Positions 1 through 8,812 of a stretch of DNA of 64,000 nt are shown here, piece after piece. The stretch lies in the IMG/VR virus record IMGVR_UViG_640753059_000001; one strand, written 5' to 3'. Origin of the DNA: a virus. Taxonomy: Duplodnaviria > Caudoviricetes. The notes under the pieces were generated by a model. It was not told the origin of the DNA. It saw nothing but the letters and a program-made list of their open reading frames with translations, and made no database searches. A program made the translations under genes and the position numbers. Position 1 is the stretch's first letter, and each line of letters starts with the position of its first letter.

Positions 1-1057
1 AAATGACTTCAACGATACGGCGAATGCGGGTGGGACTGGAGGGAACACCGTCCCAACTAAGCCATTTGCTTTGATGTCCTATGGCGGAAAGAGCTATCTG
101 GGCGCAATTCATAACACCTCGTGGACCTATGACGCGACGAGCAAGACCTACTCGATGACGCGTTCTGCCGTCGCAACTGTGGTGGATATCAGTTCCTTGA
201 GCAACTGGGGAGTGTTCAAGCGCCTGACCAAGATCACGGCTGGTGCCGACCTCGCGGCCACGCGTACGCTGGTGGGCGCGGCCCCTGGCTCCTATGCGGT
301 TACGGCGGCGAACGATGTTGTTGTCCGCCTTGAGACTGATGCCGTGGTTTCAGATGCCACGGTGCGTGTGGTACTGTCCAATGATGCCTTCAAGCCTGGG
401 GCGGTCTCCGCTTACGTATCGGACTTCAACTTCGTTGGTGGGGTGAACGGGGTTGTCAATGCGACCGCTACGGCCACGCGGAACCTTGCCTTCGACGGGT
501 GCAGCGCTGGATTCGGAGGGATTGACCTCGGGGCGAAAGCCAACAGTTGGGGGTTCAACAATTCGACCGGCCTCATCGTTCTCCGGAAGTGCTCGGCGGC
601 TTCCGGTCAGAACGATCTGTTCAACTTCCACCAGACTGCTGGTTCTGTGAATGCTCTGATGATTGACTGCTCCGGCATCGATGCCGGCCGAGCCGGCTCC
701 TCCCCAGTCTCTCTCTCAAACCAGATCGTAACCGCGCATGAAAACGTCAGGCTTCTGACAATCAATACGGATGGATCTTATTCATCCGGCGGGTGTGTGC
801 GGAGTATCGGAACATCTCAGCACTGGGACCTTGGGTCAACCTACTCTTATGACCGCGGTGATGTCAGGTACGCCGGGGGATCGGTGAACTCGATAGGCGT
901 AGGCATGAATGAAAGCACCAAATACTGGGGTGACAGTATTACGGTTCAGGGGTGCATGAACACGTTCTATGCCGAGAGCGGTGCGCAGATTTACCTTCGT
1001 GCCCCAATCGAAATTGGCGGCGTCCGCGCGGGAGCGGGTCTGATCACGTCCTACTGA
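1..1057 (+). CDS. Tail spike/fibre-like protein, C-terminal part (5' end outside window)
   Basis: Frame is open from position 2. Gly/Ser/Asn/Thr-rich beta-helix-like sequence directly upstream of an endolysin. Confidence 0.55.
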   Translation, partial: NDFNDTANAGGTGGNTVPTKPFALMSYGGKSYLGAIHNTSWTYDATSKTYSMTRSAVATVVDISSLSNWGVFKRLTKITAGADLAATRTLVGAAPGSYAVTAANDVVVRLETDAVVSDATVRVVLSNDAFKPGAVSAYVSDFNFVGGVNGVVNATATATRNLAFDGCSAGFGGIDLGAKANSWGFNNSTGLIVLRKCSAASGQNDLFNFHQTAGSVNALMIDCSGIDAGRAGSSPVSLSNQIVTAHENVRLLTINTDGSYSSGGCVRSIGTSQHWDLGSTYSYDRGDVRYAGGSVNSIGVGMNESTKYWGDSITVQGCMNTFYAESGAQIYLRAPIEIGGVRAGAGLITSY

Positions 1058-1098
1058 TCGCCCGCGTCCGTTCTTCCCCTACAATCTGAGGTGACCCC

Positions 1099-1761
1099 AT
1101 GGTCCGCTCAATCGATATCGTGCGCCGCATCGCGACGCGCGCTGTGCCCCCTTATGTCGAAGCGCTGGACAAGTACGCTGACGACCTGTTCGTTCAGTTC
1201 GATGTGACGACCGATCTTCGGCTTGCTCACTTCATGGCCCGGAGCCTATCGGAGACGGGCGGCTTCCGCGTGCTGGTGGAAAGCGCCGGTTACACGGCCA
1301 AGAACCTTGCGACCCAGTGGGACCGGGGCAACTGGCACCGCTATTTCAGCAGCAAGGCCGACCTTGTGGCTCTGGCAGGGCAGGGCGAAAAGCTCTTCAA
1401 CATCGTCTATGGCAATCGCATGGGCAATGGCGGCCCTGAGACTGGCGATGGCTTCCGGTATCGAGGGCGTGGCCCGCTCCAGACGACAGGGAAGGAGGCC
1501 TATGCCAAGTATGGCGAACGCATGGGCGTGGACCTCGTGAGTAACCCTGATGCGCTTCTGGATCCGCAGAACATTCTACTGCCATCCCTCTATGAGTGGT
1601 CCGATGGTAACCTCAACCGCTATGCCGACAGGGACAATGCCCTCGCCATCGGCCAGATCATCAATTTCGGGTCGCTCAAGGGCGACAAGGAGCCCAACGG
1701 CTACGACGATCAGATGGAGTGGCTGGGCTACGTCAAGCGCGCCATCAAGGCCCTGAGCTGA
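1099..1761 (+). CDS. Endolysin, glycoside hydrolase family 19 (chitinase-like)
   Basis: RLAHFMA..ETGGF, YGNRMGN, DGFRYRGRGPLQTTGK motifs; RBS GAGG upstream. Confidence 0.9.
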   Translation: MVRSIDIVRRIATRAVPPYVEALDKYADDLFVQFDVTTDLRLAHFMARSLSETGGFRVLVESAGYTAKNLATQWDRGNWHRYFSSKADLVALAGQGEKLFNIVYGNRMGNGGPETGDGFRYRGRGPLQTTGKEAYAKYGERMGVDLVSNPDALLDPQNILLPSLYEWSDGNLNRYADRDNALAIGQIINFGSLKGDKEPNGYDDQMEWLGYVKRAIKALS

Positions 1762-1764
1762 TCG

Positions 1765-2109
1765 GTGGCCCGGAAAGTCCCGGAAGGGCCATCCTGGAAG
1801 GTCCGGCGCCGGATCATCGTCGCAACTCTGGTCTTCTGCGCTGGTGAAATCATCTACCTCACCGGGTGGGGGAAAGATCACGAGCTTTCCAGAACCATAG
1901 CGACTGGCGTTCTCTTGCTCGCCGGCTCGACCATCGGATCATACATCTTCGGCGCTGTGTGGGACAGCCGGAACGTGATGGTGAACCTCCCCCCGGAGGG
2001 TGCTGAAGAGCCCACGTCCTACGGGCCTTCTTATCGCAGGCGTGGCCCTCGCGGCTTCTCTCCCGGCGATGATGGGGACGACGGCCCGCCTCCACCTCGC
2101 GGCTCCTGA
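1765..2109 (+). CDS. Holin-like membrane protein
   Basis: Two hydrophobic segments and a charged C-terminal tail; follows the endolysin. Confidence 0.6.
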   Translation: MARKVPEGPSWKVRRRIIVATLVFCAGEIIYLTGWGKDHELSRTIATGVLLLAGSTIGSYIFGAVWDSRNVMVNLPPEGAEEPTSYGPSYRRRGPRGFSPGDDGDDGPPPPRGS

Positions 2110-2120
2110 AAGATCTGAAC

Positions 2121-2273
2121 ATGAAACAGACGCTCATCGTGGGCGCACTGGCGCTCGTCCTCTCAGGCTGCGCCACCAACGGCAACGGCCTCATTGGCTC
2201 CGGAGGCCATGTCTCCGGCTCCTACACCGTCTACGAGCCCGGCAAGGCGCCTATCGTCGTCCTCCTCAAGTGA
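2121..2273 (+). CDS. Small lipoprotein (50 aa, not in ORF track)
   Basis: MKQTLIVGALALVLSG-C lipobox; ATG at 2121, TGA at 2271-2273. Confidence 0.7.
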   Translation: MKQTLIVGALALVLSGCATNGNGLIGSGGHVSGSYTVYEPGKAPIVVLLK

Positions 2274-2276
2274 GGA

Positions 2277-2528
2277 TTACGCAAGGATCCCCGCCGCACG
2301 GATGGTGAGCGCCATCTGGGTGCGCCTTGCCTTGAAATGTTCGCGGGTCATTTGAGTATCCGGCTGCCCGTCGAATTCCATCCTCAATTGATTCTCCACT
2401 CCGGTGAGAATTATTGTCATTTTATTGAAAAGGTCTGGCTCGTCCTTCGCAATTTTCATGGCGAAATCGAAATAGATTTCTTCTCTTGGTTCAATGCGGG
2501 TAGTCGCCGTTGTTGGCATGTGAACCAT
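2277..2528 (-). CDS. Moron-like hypothetical protein
   Basis: Opposite strand, visibly more AT-rich, own RBS (GGAG), inside the lysis cassette. Confidence 0.55.
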   Translation of the reverse strand: MVHMPTTATTRIEPREEIYFDFAMKIAKDEPDLFNKMTIILTGVENQLRMEFDGQPDTQMTREHFKARRTQMALTIRAAGILA

Positions 2529-2663
2529 GACGCCGTCTCCTTCCGCTATTCGGGTCCCATCCTAGCGGCTGCCGAGGCCGATGTTAATCGCACTACCCGG
2601 TCCTCAGCATCTGATTGTCCCGGATATACCTCTCACTCCATCACCGTCAAATAGGAGGCCTCT

Positions 2664-3098
2664 GTGGGCTCTCTCATCGCGTCCTATGCCTCAGGGGCGG
2701 TCAACTGGCTGCTTGTGTTCCTGACGGGCTCTGCCTTGATCGTTGGCGTTGGAGGGATGATCTATTCACGCCTCCCAGTGCTGCCCTACCGGACTATTGT
2801 CGCGGCTGTCTCTGGCGTCCTCCTGTTCGTTGCGGGATGGACCGGGCATGCCGTGGATCAGCGGGGCAAGATGGAGCGCCAGGCCCTCCTTGAGGCTAAC
2901 CGCAAGCTGGTGGTGGAAATCACAGCCGAACGGCACAAGGCGGAATCGCTAGAGGCGGATCGAGCCACAGCCCAGCGGCAGGCGACCGAGGCCGAGGACC
3001 GCGCACGCAAGGCCGAGGAAGTTGCCGTTTCCATCCCCGATTCCGGCGGGGTGTCGCAGCCCACATCCGACAAAATCCGCGATCTGTGGGGGAAGTGA
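2664..3098 (+). CDS. Inner-membrane spanin-like (Rz-like) protein
   Basis: N-terminal TM segments followed by coiled coil; strong AGGAGG RBS. Confidence 0.6.
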   Translation: MGSLIASYASGAVNWLLVFLTGSALIVGVGGMIYSRLPVLPYRTIVAAVSGVLLFVAGWTGHAVDQRGKMERQALLEANRKLVVEITAERHKAESLEADRATAQRQATEAEDRARKAEEVAVSIPDSGGVSQPTSDKIRDLWGK

Positions 3099-3100
3099 CC

Positions 3101-3376
3101 ATGCGAGCGACCTACTTCGACGATATCACAGGGCCAGATGCCCCGGCGGGCGCGTTCAAATTCTATCAAGAGGGCGATAGGAAGGCCGCCGGGATGCTTT
3201 ATGTGTGCCCTTGTGGGTGTGGAGCAACTGGCCGTCTACGCTTCCGCCCGGATACCTCAGGGAAACCGTCGTGGGAGTGGGATGGGAACCGCGACGCCCC
3301 GACCCTTAACCCAAGCGTCAATCATGTCGGGCACTGGCACGGCTGGCTCCGCAGCGGGGAGTGGGTGTCATGCTGA
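3101..3376 (+). CDS. DUF6527-like small Cys/His protein
   Basis: YVCPCGCG...WEWDGN..PTLNPSV..HWHGW pattern. Confidence 0.65.
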   Translation: MRATYFDDITGPDAPAGAFKFYQEGDRKAAGMLYVCPCGCGATGRLRFRPDTSGKPSWEWDGNRDAPTLNPSVNHVGHWHGWLRSGEWVSC

Positions 3377-3660
3377 TGCGCCTCGCCACCCCCATTCTCT
3401 TCGCACTGGCCCTCGCCGGCTGCGCCACGGGGCAGGCCCCACGAGTGCAGGTGTCCCTTCCTCCCGTCCCGGAGGATATCCGGGCCTGTGCCCAGCGCCA
3501 CGTTCCAAAGCCCTCAGGCGATAAGCCCCTTACCGAACGGGAAGTGTACGTGCTCATCTCCAAGCTCAAGGCCAGTGAGACGGCAAAATCAGGGTGCCTT
3601 GCCCGGTTGATCAGTCTCTATGAGGCTCAGGCCGCTATCGTTGTGGAGGCGCTTAAATGA
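3370..3660 (+). CDS. Outer-membrane spanin-like lipoprotein (Rz1-like)
   Basis: LALAG-C lipobox and Pro-rich body. Confidence 0.65.
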   Translation: MLMRLATPILFALALAGCATGQAPRVQVSLPPVPEDIRACAQRHVPKPSGDKPLTEREVYVLISKLKASETAKSGCLARLISLYEAQAAIVVEALK

Positions 3661-3911
3661 GCCCGCCGGCCGGATACGCGGTCGAGCGCATCGACGACAC
3701 GAGAGACAAAGTCATCGCCCTTGAGGTGGAAGTGAAGCACCTCAACGACAAAATGGACAGCATGGTCTCCAAGTTGGACGAAATCCATGCCGCCTTCCAG
3801 CAGGCCAAGGGCGTTAAGCTGGCGATGCTCGTTGGCTTCACAATCTTCGGCGGCGCAATCGGGGCATTCATCACAAAGATGCTCGCCTATTTTGGCATTG
3901 TGATGAAGTAG
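3657..3911 (+). CDS. Coiled-coil protein with C-terminal TM (XhlA/holin-accessory-like)
   Basis: Heptad region plus one C-terminal TM; ATGA coupling to the previous gene. Confidence 0.55.
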   Translation: MSPPAGYAVERIDDTRDKVIALEVEVKHLNDKMDSMVSKLDEIHAAFQQAKGVKLAMLVGFTIFGGAIGAFITKMLAYFGIVMK

Positions 3912-3961
3912 CTGCGGGCCGGATTCTACACACCATCCCTCCCATAATCTAGGGGCACCAT

Positions 3962-5221
3962 ATGGCGATGCCGCAGCCGTCAGACGACGAGCTTGCGCGC
4001 CTTGTCGCTGCGCTCGATGCAGCTCAGGGCGTTCTATCCCACGCAGCAAAAGCATTGGAGCTTCCGGACACCACGGCACGCAGATGGCGGGATATGGCGG
4101 CCCGTAGGGGGATGCTCGGCACCAAGCCCATCCTCCCCGGCTTTGAAATCTCCCGCGCCTCTGCCGAGCTTGACGAAGCCGGGAACGTGCATCGCCAGTG
4201 GGTGACGCAGAAGCCGGAAAGGGGCGGGCCTTTTACCCTTCCCGAAGGCCATGTGGTCAAGGGCGTGTCGGCGCTCATAGATGCTGATGGCAGGGTATCG
4301 GCACAGTGGGTGAAAACGCGAGAGGGCATCGAACCACTTGATGTTGTCGAAGCGCTCAAGGCCGGACTGGAAAGCTACTCTGGCCCCAAGAAGCCATCGG
4401 CAGCGCCTCGCGGCTGTAACGACGACCTCCTCACGCTCCTGCCCCTAGCCGACTGGCACCTGGGGCTCTACACATGGAGGCGAGAGGTCGGAGAAAACTG
4501 GGATCTGAATATAGCGGAACAGCTATATACCGAGACCATCGAAGACCTCATGTCGCGCACCCCTCGCGCGGGAACCGCCATTGTGCTTGGGGGTGGTGAT
4601 CTTGTCCACTCGGACAACTTCGACAACCGCACCGCGCGCTCTGGCAATTCGCTGGACGTGGACGGGCGATACCCCAAGGTTGTCGAGACGGCCGGCCGGA
4701 TGGTCGTGCGCACCGTAGACACCTGCCTCCGCACCCACGCCCATGTAGTGGTGCGCATCCTCCCCGGAAATCACGACGAACACACCTCTGTCGCCATCGC
4801 CTACTTCCTGAGCGCATGGTTTCGGCATGAGCCTCGCGTGACGGTGGACACAGACCCCTCCCTCTTTTTCTGGCACCGCTTCGGCAAGGTGTTCCTTGGG
4901 GCTACCCACGGCCACACCGTCAAGGCCCGGCAGATGCCGGCTATCATGGCGGCACGTCGTCCTGAAGATTGGGGCGCCTCCCGCTTCCGCCATATCCATT
5001 GCTTCCACGTTCATCATACCGAGAAGCTGACAGACGAAGCCGGCGGGGCCACAGTCCATGTGCACCGCTCGCCAGCCCCTCAGGACGCATGGCACTTCGG
5101 TGCGGGGTTCGTCTCTGGCCGGTCCATGGAAACGACCACCTATCACCAGTCCAAGGGCGAGCATGGCAGCTCGTTTTCCCCGGTTCGCTCGCATGACGCG
5201 GGCGTGGATGTCCCCGCATAG
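3962..5221 (+). CDS. HTH + calcineurin-like metallophosphoesterase
   Basis: DWH, GGD, GNHD, HGH, HVHH motifs; N-terminal AAKALEL..TARRW HTH. Confidence 0.8.
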   Translation: MAMPQPSDDELARLVAALDAAQGVLSHAAKALELPDTTARRWRDMAARRGMLGTKPILPGFEISRASAELDEAGNVHRQWVTQKPERGGPFTLPEGHVVKGVSALIDADGRVSAQWVKTREGIEPLDVVEALKAGLESYSGPKKPSAAPRGCNDDLLTLLPLADWHLGLYTWRREVGENWDLNIAEQLYTETIEDLMSRTPRAGTAIVLGGGDLVHSDNFDNRTARSGNSLDVDGRYPKVVETAGRMVVRTVDTCLRTHAHVVVRILPGNHDEHTSVAIAYFLSAWFRHEPRVTVDTDPSLFFWHRFGKVFLGATHGHTVKARQMPAIMAARRPEDWGASRFRHIHCFHVHHTEKLTDEAGGATVHVHRSPAPQDAWHFGAGFVSGRSMETTTYHQSKGEHGSSFSPVRSHDAGVDVPA

Positions 5222-5230
5222 GAGCGCGCC

Positions 5231-5458
5231 ATGGAAGACGACGATGATTTCGGGGCGGTACCGTGCGATGTCGTTTACGAGCGTGTGCAGGCGATTAGAA
5301 ATATCGCCATGGATCTAGAGACGATCACAGACCGTAAGGCGCGCGATCTACTCTTGAGGGCGGGTGAATTGGCCCTCCAACACCTCACCCTTAAATCTGC
5401 CGTCCCTGTTGAACTCGTGGCGGAGGATGGTAGAATTGTGAGCAGGAGGCCGCTGTGA
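5231..5458 (+). CDS. Hypothetical protein
   Basis: AGGAG RBS; coupled to neighbours. Confidence 0.55.
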   Translation: MEDDDDFGAVPCDVVYERVQAIRNIAMDLETITDRKARDLLLRAGELALQHLTLKSAVPVELVAEDGRIVSRRPL

Positions 5459-5817
5459 ACCTTGAAGAGCTTCGCGATATCGGTGGCATCACCTACGTCT
5501 CCGTGCCTTATACGGCTCATCTATACGGCCTGTCCGCCGCGGCCTACGATGCCGACCGGCACGCCGCCCACCTGATCAAGATGGGCTTCATCCCGTTCTC
5601 CCCCATCTCGCACTCCCACCCCATCGCCCGCGTCGGGGGCATCGACCCTCGCTCCCACGAAATCTGGATGGCGCAGAACGACGCTTTCATGGAAGCCTGC
5701 TCAGCCATGGTCGCAGTCCATATCCCAGGTTGGGAAGACAGCATTGGCATGAAAATGGAGCGGGAGGCGTTCGCCCGGATGGGGAAGCCTGTTGTGGAAA
5801 TGGAGATGCTGCCTTGA
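5455..5817 (+). CDS. DUF1937 / nucleoside deoxyribosyltransferase-like protein
   Basis: YVSVPYT, FSPISHSH, GWEDSIGMKMERE motifs. Confidence 0.75.
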   Translation: MNLEELRDIGGITYVSVPYTAHLYGLSAAAYDADRHAAHLIKMGFIPFSPISHSHPIARVGGIDPRSHEIWMAQNDAFMEACSAMVAVHIPGWEDSIGMKMEREAFARMGKPVVEMEMLP

Positions 5818-6104
5818 GCGACGGGTACGAAACCCTGAAGGACATTCTTGACGCGGCCTATGCTCAGGCGTCCAAGGGAAAAGGCAAGGAACGCCACGCG
5901 AACGACAAGCCTTTCCACGATCAACCCATCATGCACATCGCCCGCAAGCGCGGCATCGGCTTCCCGCTAGGCCAAGCCGACAAGAAGTCGGAAGAGGCCC
6001 AAGGCATGCTGGAGCGCGGCCAGAAAGACGCCGCGATCCGGGAATTGCTCGGGAGCATCGTCTACCTCTCAGCGGCGATTTTGCTCATTCGGGAGAGGGA
6101 GTGA
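5814..6104 (+). CDS. Conserved phage all-alpha protein
   Basis: TTG start overlapping the previous stop; QASKGKGKERHA..GQADKK..ELLGSIVY pattern. Confidence 0.65.
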   Translation: MSDGYETLKDILDAAYAQASKGKGKERHANDKPFHDQPIMHIARKRGIGFPLGQADKKSEEAQGMLERGQKDAAIRELLGSIVYLSAAILLIRERE

Positions 6105-6118
6105 CGGCTACATACTGC

Positions 6119-6460
6119 TCAGACTAGATTGTCTGTATAGAAGCGCTCGTGCAGCGCACCGCCCAATTCCATTCCTGGCTCAAACCAGTTTTCCCCCTCG
6201 GAGCGGCGGAACCCCTTGTCATCCGGGTGGGGGGCCAGCTTGAGCGTGATGGCAGGCATACCCGAGCCGCCGTCTAATAGGATCAAGATAGAATAGGCCA
6301 CGCCCTCGCACCTGTCCTTGATCGTAAGGACATCCCCTGTGGCGGGGTCAACATCCGGTAGCTTAGCCCAATAATTGGCGGCCCTCCGCACATGCGCCAG
6401 GATCATGTCCAGCACCTCTTCCTCGGTGTAGGCTCGCGGCCCGCTCATTCGGATCTCCAT
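6119..6460 (-). CDS. Hypothetical phage protein, last gene of the leftward arm
   Basis: Plausible ORF (RCEGVAYSILILLDG) flanked by a 14-bp direct repeat. Confidence 0.65.
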   Translation of the reverse strand: MEIRMSGPRAYTEEEVLDMILAHVRRAANYWAKLPDVDPATGDVLTIKDRCEGVAYSILILLDGGSGMPAITLKLAPHPDDKGFRRSEGENWFEPGMELGGALHERFYTDNLV

Positions 6461-6477
6461 AAGCTAGATTGTCTGTA
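6124..6477. repeat. 14-bp direct repeat CTAGATTGTCTGTA (6124-6137 and 6464-6477)
   Basis: Exact match read from the sequence. Confidence 0.85.
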
Positions 6478-6640
6478 GCGGGATTAGCCTTCTGGCGACA
6501 GAGCTGCCGCAAGCGCCCTGTCCGCCTTATCGGCCAAGTCCGGACGATCCTCATAGTGGTAGCGCCAAATCCAGTCCCGGCACTCTCTTAGCGCCTCAGC
6601 CAGACGCCTTTCGCTATCGGTTGTCATCGGGGCCGTCCTC

Positions 6641-6996
6641 TCAGGATGAGTGCTGCTTGCGGGCCATATCCCGCGCGTAGCGGATGTAGCGGTCTGAAAG
6701 CTCGGTCTGAGCGGCGACCTCTCGACTGCTGCCTGGCATCGCAATGATCTGGGCGACGCGGCCGGGGTCATAGCGCTGGCTCGCACGCCGCGCCTCATCA
6801 ATGCGAGAGCTGCGGCCCTTCTCATCCATGTCGTTGACGTTCGCCTTCTGATCCCCAAGCCTAAGGTGGCGGGGGTTGCGTACGACAGTATGCTAGCGTA
6901 CACCACAAGGTCTCCCGACCCACAGAAGGGGCACCCCACCGGGTGTAGCCCGAGCATATTCGGCGATACATGACGTGATGTCAGAAAATATCTCAT
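6641..6996 (-). pseudogene. Composite remnant: Lar-like Zn-ribbon start joined to an HNH endonuclease C-terminus
   Basis: CPFCGS in one frame; NPRHLRLGDQKANVNDMDEKGR in another frame behind a TAG stop. Confidence 0.5.
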
Positions 6997-6998
6997 TT

Positions 6999-7364
6999 TT
7001 ACTTATCCAGTTCCATAATGCGGGCGCGGATGGCGGCCTCTATAAAGACCGTCGCGTCCGTGAATCCGGCCTCCCATCCGTCCTTGCATGTCGCGCTGGG
7101 GCCGCCGAAGTCAGGGGCTACGTGATAACGCTCCAAGTTGCTGCCCAAAATCGACTGCGCCTCCTTCAGCCCGGCGAGCATGCCGGCGCGGTGGGCCTCT
7201 GCACGGGCGATTTCAACAAGATCAGATCGGATATATTCGGTAGGCTCCCCATCCTCTTTATCGGCCGGCCAAACTTTATCCGAGCACCACATCCGCCCTT
7301 CCATGGCGTGGAATGCATCCTCTGCGTTTTGGAGCCAAATGCTCTTGTGATCTTCTGTGCTCAC
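6999..7364 (-). CDS. Hypothetical early protein
   Basis: SIWLQ..RMWCSDKVW..TEYIRSDL, a phage-type module; coupled start/stop. Confidence 0.65.
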   Translation of the reverse strand: MSTEDHKSIWLQNAEDAFHAMEGRMWCSDKVWPADKEDGEPTEYIRSDLVEIARAEAHRAGMLAGLKEAQSILGSNLERYHVAPDFGGPSATCKDGWEAGFTDATVFIEAAIRARIMELDK

Positions 7365-7615
7365 GGCTTCGGCCCCCCGATCCTCGCCATGATGGCGTTG
7401 GCCGCGTCAACACGGGAGCGGCAGTAGATTGAGACAAATGCTTCGCTCTTGCCGGCAAGAATTTCCGGGTCGATGCCGTTTGCGGCATCCGCCGCTTCTT
7501 CCAGCGCCTCGCGGCGAGCTTCTGCGTGAGCGCTGGCGATAGCTTTTTGCAACGCCTTGTTGTAGCTGCGAACTATGTCATCAACAGCCACATCTATCGG
7601 GTCCTTCTGGGTCAC
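7361..7615 (-). CDS. Hypothetical early protein
   Basis: GTGA-coupled start; ARREALEEAA motif. Confidence 0.55.
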   Translation of the reverse strand: MTQKDPIDVAVDDIVRSYNKALQKAIASAHAEARREALEEAADAANGIDPEILAGKSEAFVSIYCRSRVDAANAIMARIGGPKP

Positions 7616-8271
7616 GGCTTCGGCTCCTGGTTCTTGAGGGCGGTGCGGGCAATCCCCTGCACGTTGAAAAACGCCCAGCCGACTGCGTATGAACCAGTTC
7701 TGCAACTGCTCTTCTCCGGGTGCTCTGCGATATCGTGCAGCGCCTCCCGCAGCCTCCCCACCTCTTCCCTGAGCGAGGCGTTCTCTCTCGCGATATGCAA
7801 GATATCGTCTTCGCGGCGCCCGATAAACTCTTCCAGTTGCCTGATTTCTCGCCGCGCTGCGTCCCGCTCACACATCATTTCTCCAATGCGCTCGGCGTAC
7901 TTCGTGATGCGCACCTCATGCTTATTCGTCAGATCTCTGACGTAGCTTGCGTGACCCTCTCCGTCCAAGCGGAACAGTTCGCGCTGCCGCTCGATCTCAG
8001 CGGCCCCGGTCTCCACCTGCCCAGTCAGGGCCGCGCATCGCTCTTCAAGGCGGGCGATGTGGACGGCATAGTGCGCGTGGATGGCGTCGAGCGTGGCGGT
8101 GCACATGCTGACGGCGCTGGATCCCCAACCCATTTCGTCGTCCACCTCTTCGTCCGGATCGTCGAATGCGGCGCAGAGCGTGATCGCGAGATTGTCGCCA
8201 TGCATCGCGTCGATCTGCACGCCAGCAAGGTTTGCCCGCAGCCGCGCCTTGATATCGTCAGTCTCGGTCAT
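7612..8271 (-). CDS. Coiled-coil early protein (Ead/Ea22-like)
   Basis: Start MTETDDIK with GGAGG RBS; long heptad region. Confidence 0.6.
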   Translation of the reverse strand: MTETDDIKARLRANLAGVQIDAMHGDNLAITLCAAFDDPDEEVDDEMGWGSSAVSMCTATLDAIHAHYAVHIARLEERCAALTGQVETGAAEIERQRELFRLDGEGHASYVRDLTNKHEVRITKYAERIGEMMCERDAARREIRQLEEFIGRREDDILHIARENASLREEVGRLREALHDIAEHPEKSSCRTGSYAVGWAFFNVQGIARTALKNQEPKP

Positions 8272-8554
8272 GGCTGGGGTCCTCCGTGGTCGTAAGGGGA
8301 ATGTGCTCGAAACGACATGCACGTCCCCACGCTTCATCCGTCGAGAGCCCTCGCCACGCTTCGAACCGGCTCTCGCTACTGCAATTGCCGATGTTCGCGA
8401 GCAGGATGAAGGTGAGCGGTCCGAGATCAAGCCGCCACTCGCCGCCGTAAACGTCCGCATCGCGGCCGGCGCGCAGCTTCCACATGAGCGGCCAGAACTG
8501 GACGCCGATCCCGATTTCTCGGCAGTTCCGCCAATGCCAACGCGGTTCTCTCAT
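8258..8554 (-). CDS. Hypothetical early protein
   Basis: Start MREPRWHW; fits the operon packing. Confidence 0.5.
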   Translation of the reverse strand: MREPRWHWRNCREIGIGVQFWPLMWKLRAGRDADVYGGEWRLDLGPLTFILLANIGNCSSESRFEAWRGLSTDEAWGRACRFEHIPLTTTEDPSHDRD

Positions 8555-8558
8555 CGCC

Positions 8559-8810
8559 TCAGCCCTCCCGCCCTTCGCGCTCGGCGAGGGCCGCGTACTT
8601 GGCTTGCCAGTCTGCTTCGGCCGTAGCCTTGGCGTGGTCGATGTTGTCGCACTGCACCCAGACGAACGGGTCATGTGCCCACCAGAGCAGCCCATCAGGC
8701 GCGATCGCGTAGATCCCGCCGATGCCATCAGCGAGCCATTCGGCATCATCGTGCCCGTAGTCCTGGCCGTCATCCTTCGGGCGGCGCCACGTGAGCGGTT
8801 TTGCTACCAT
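8559..8810 (-). CDS. Hypothetical early protein (KPLxW module)
   Basis: MVAKPLTW...AKATAEAD, similar to a segment of the upstream gene. Confidence 0.55.
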   Translation of the reverse strand: MVAKPLTWRRPKDDGQDYGHDDAEWLADGIGGIYAIAPDGLLWWAHDPFVWVQCDNIDHAKATAEADWQAKYAALAEREGREG

Positions 8811-8812
8811 CG

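Noticed and set aside
5800-7000. Integrase/excisionase at the end of the early arm
   Set aside because: No tyrosine or serine recombinase motifs were recognised here or elsewhere in the window.
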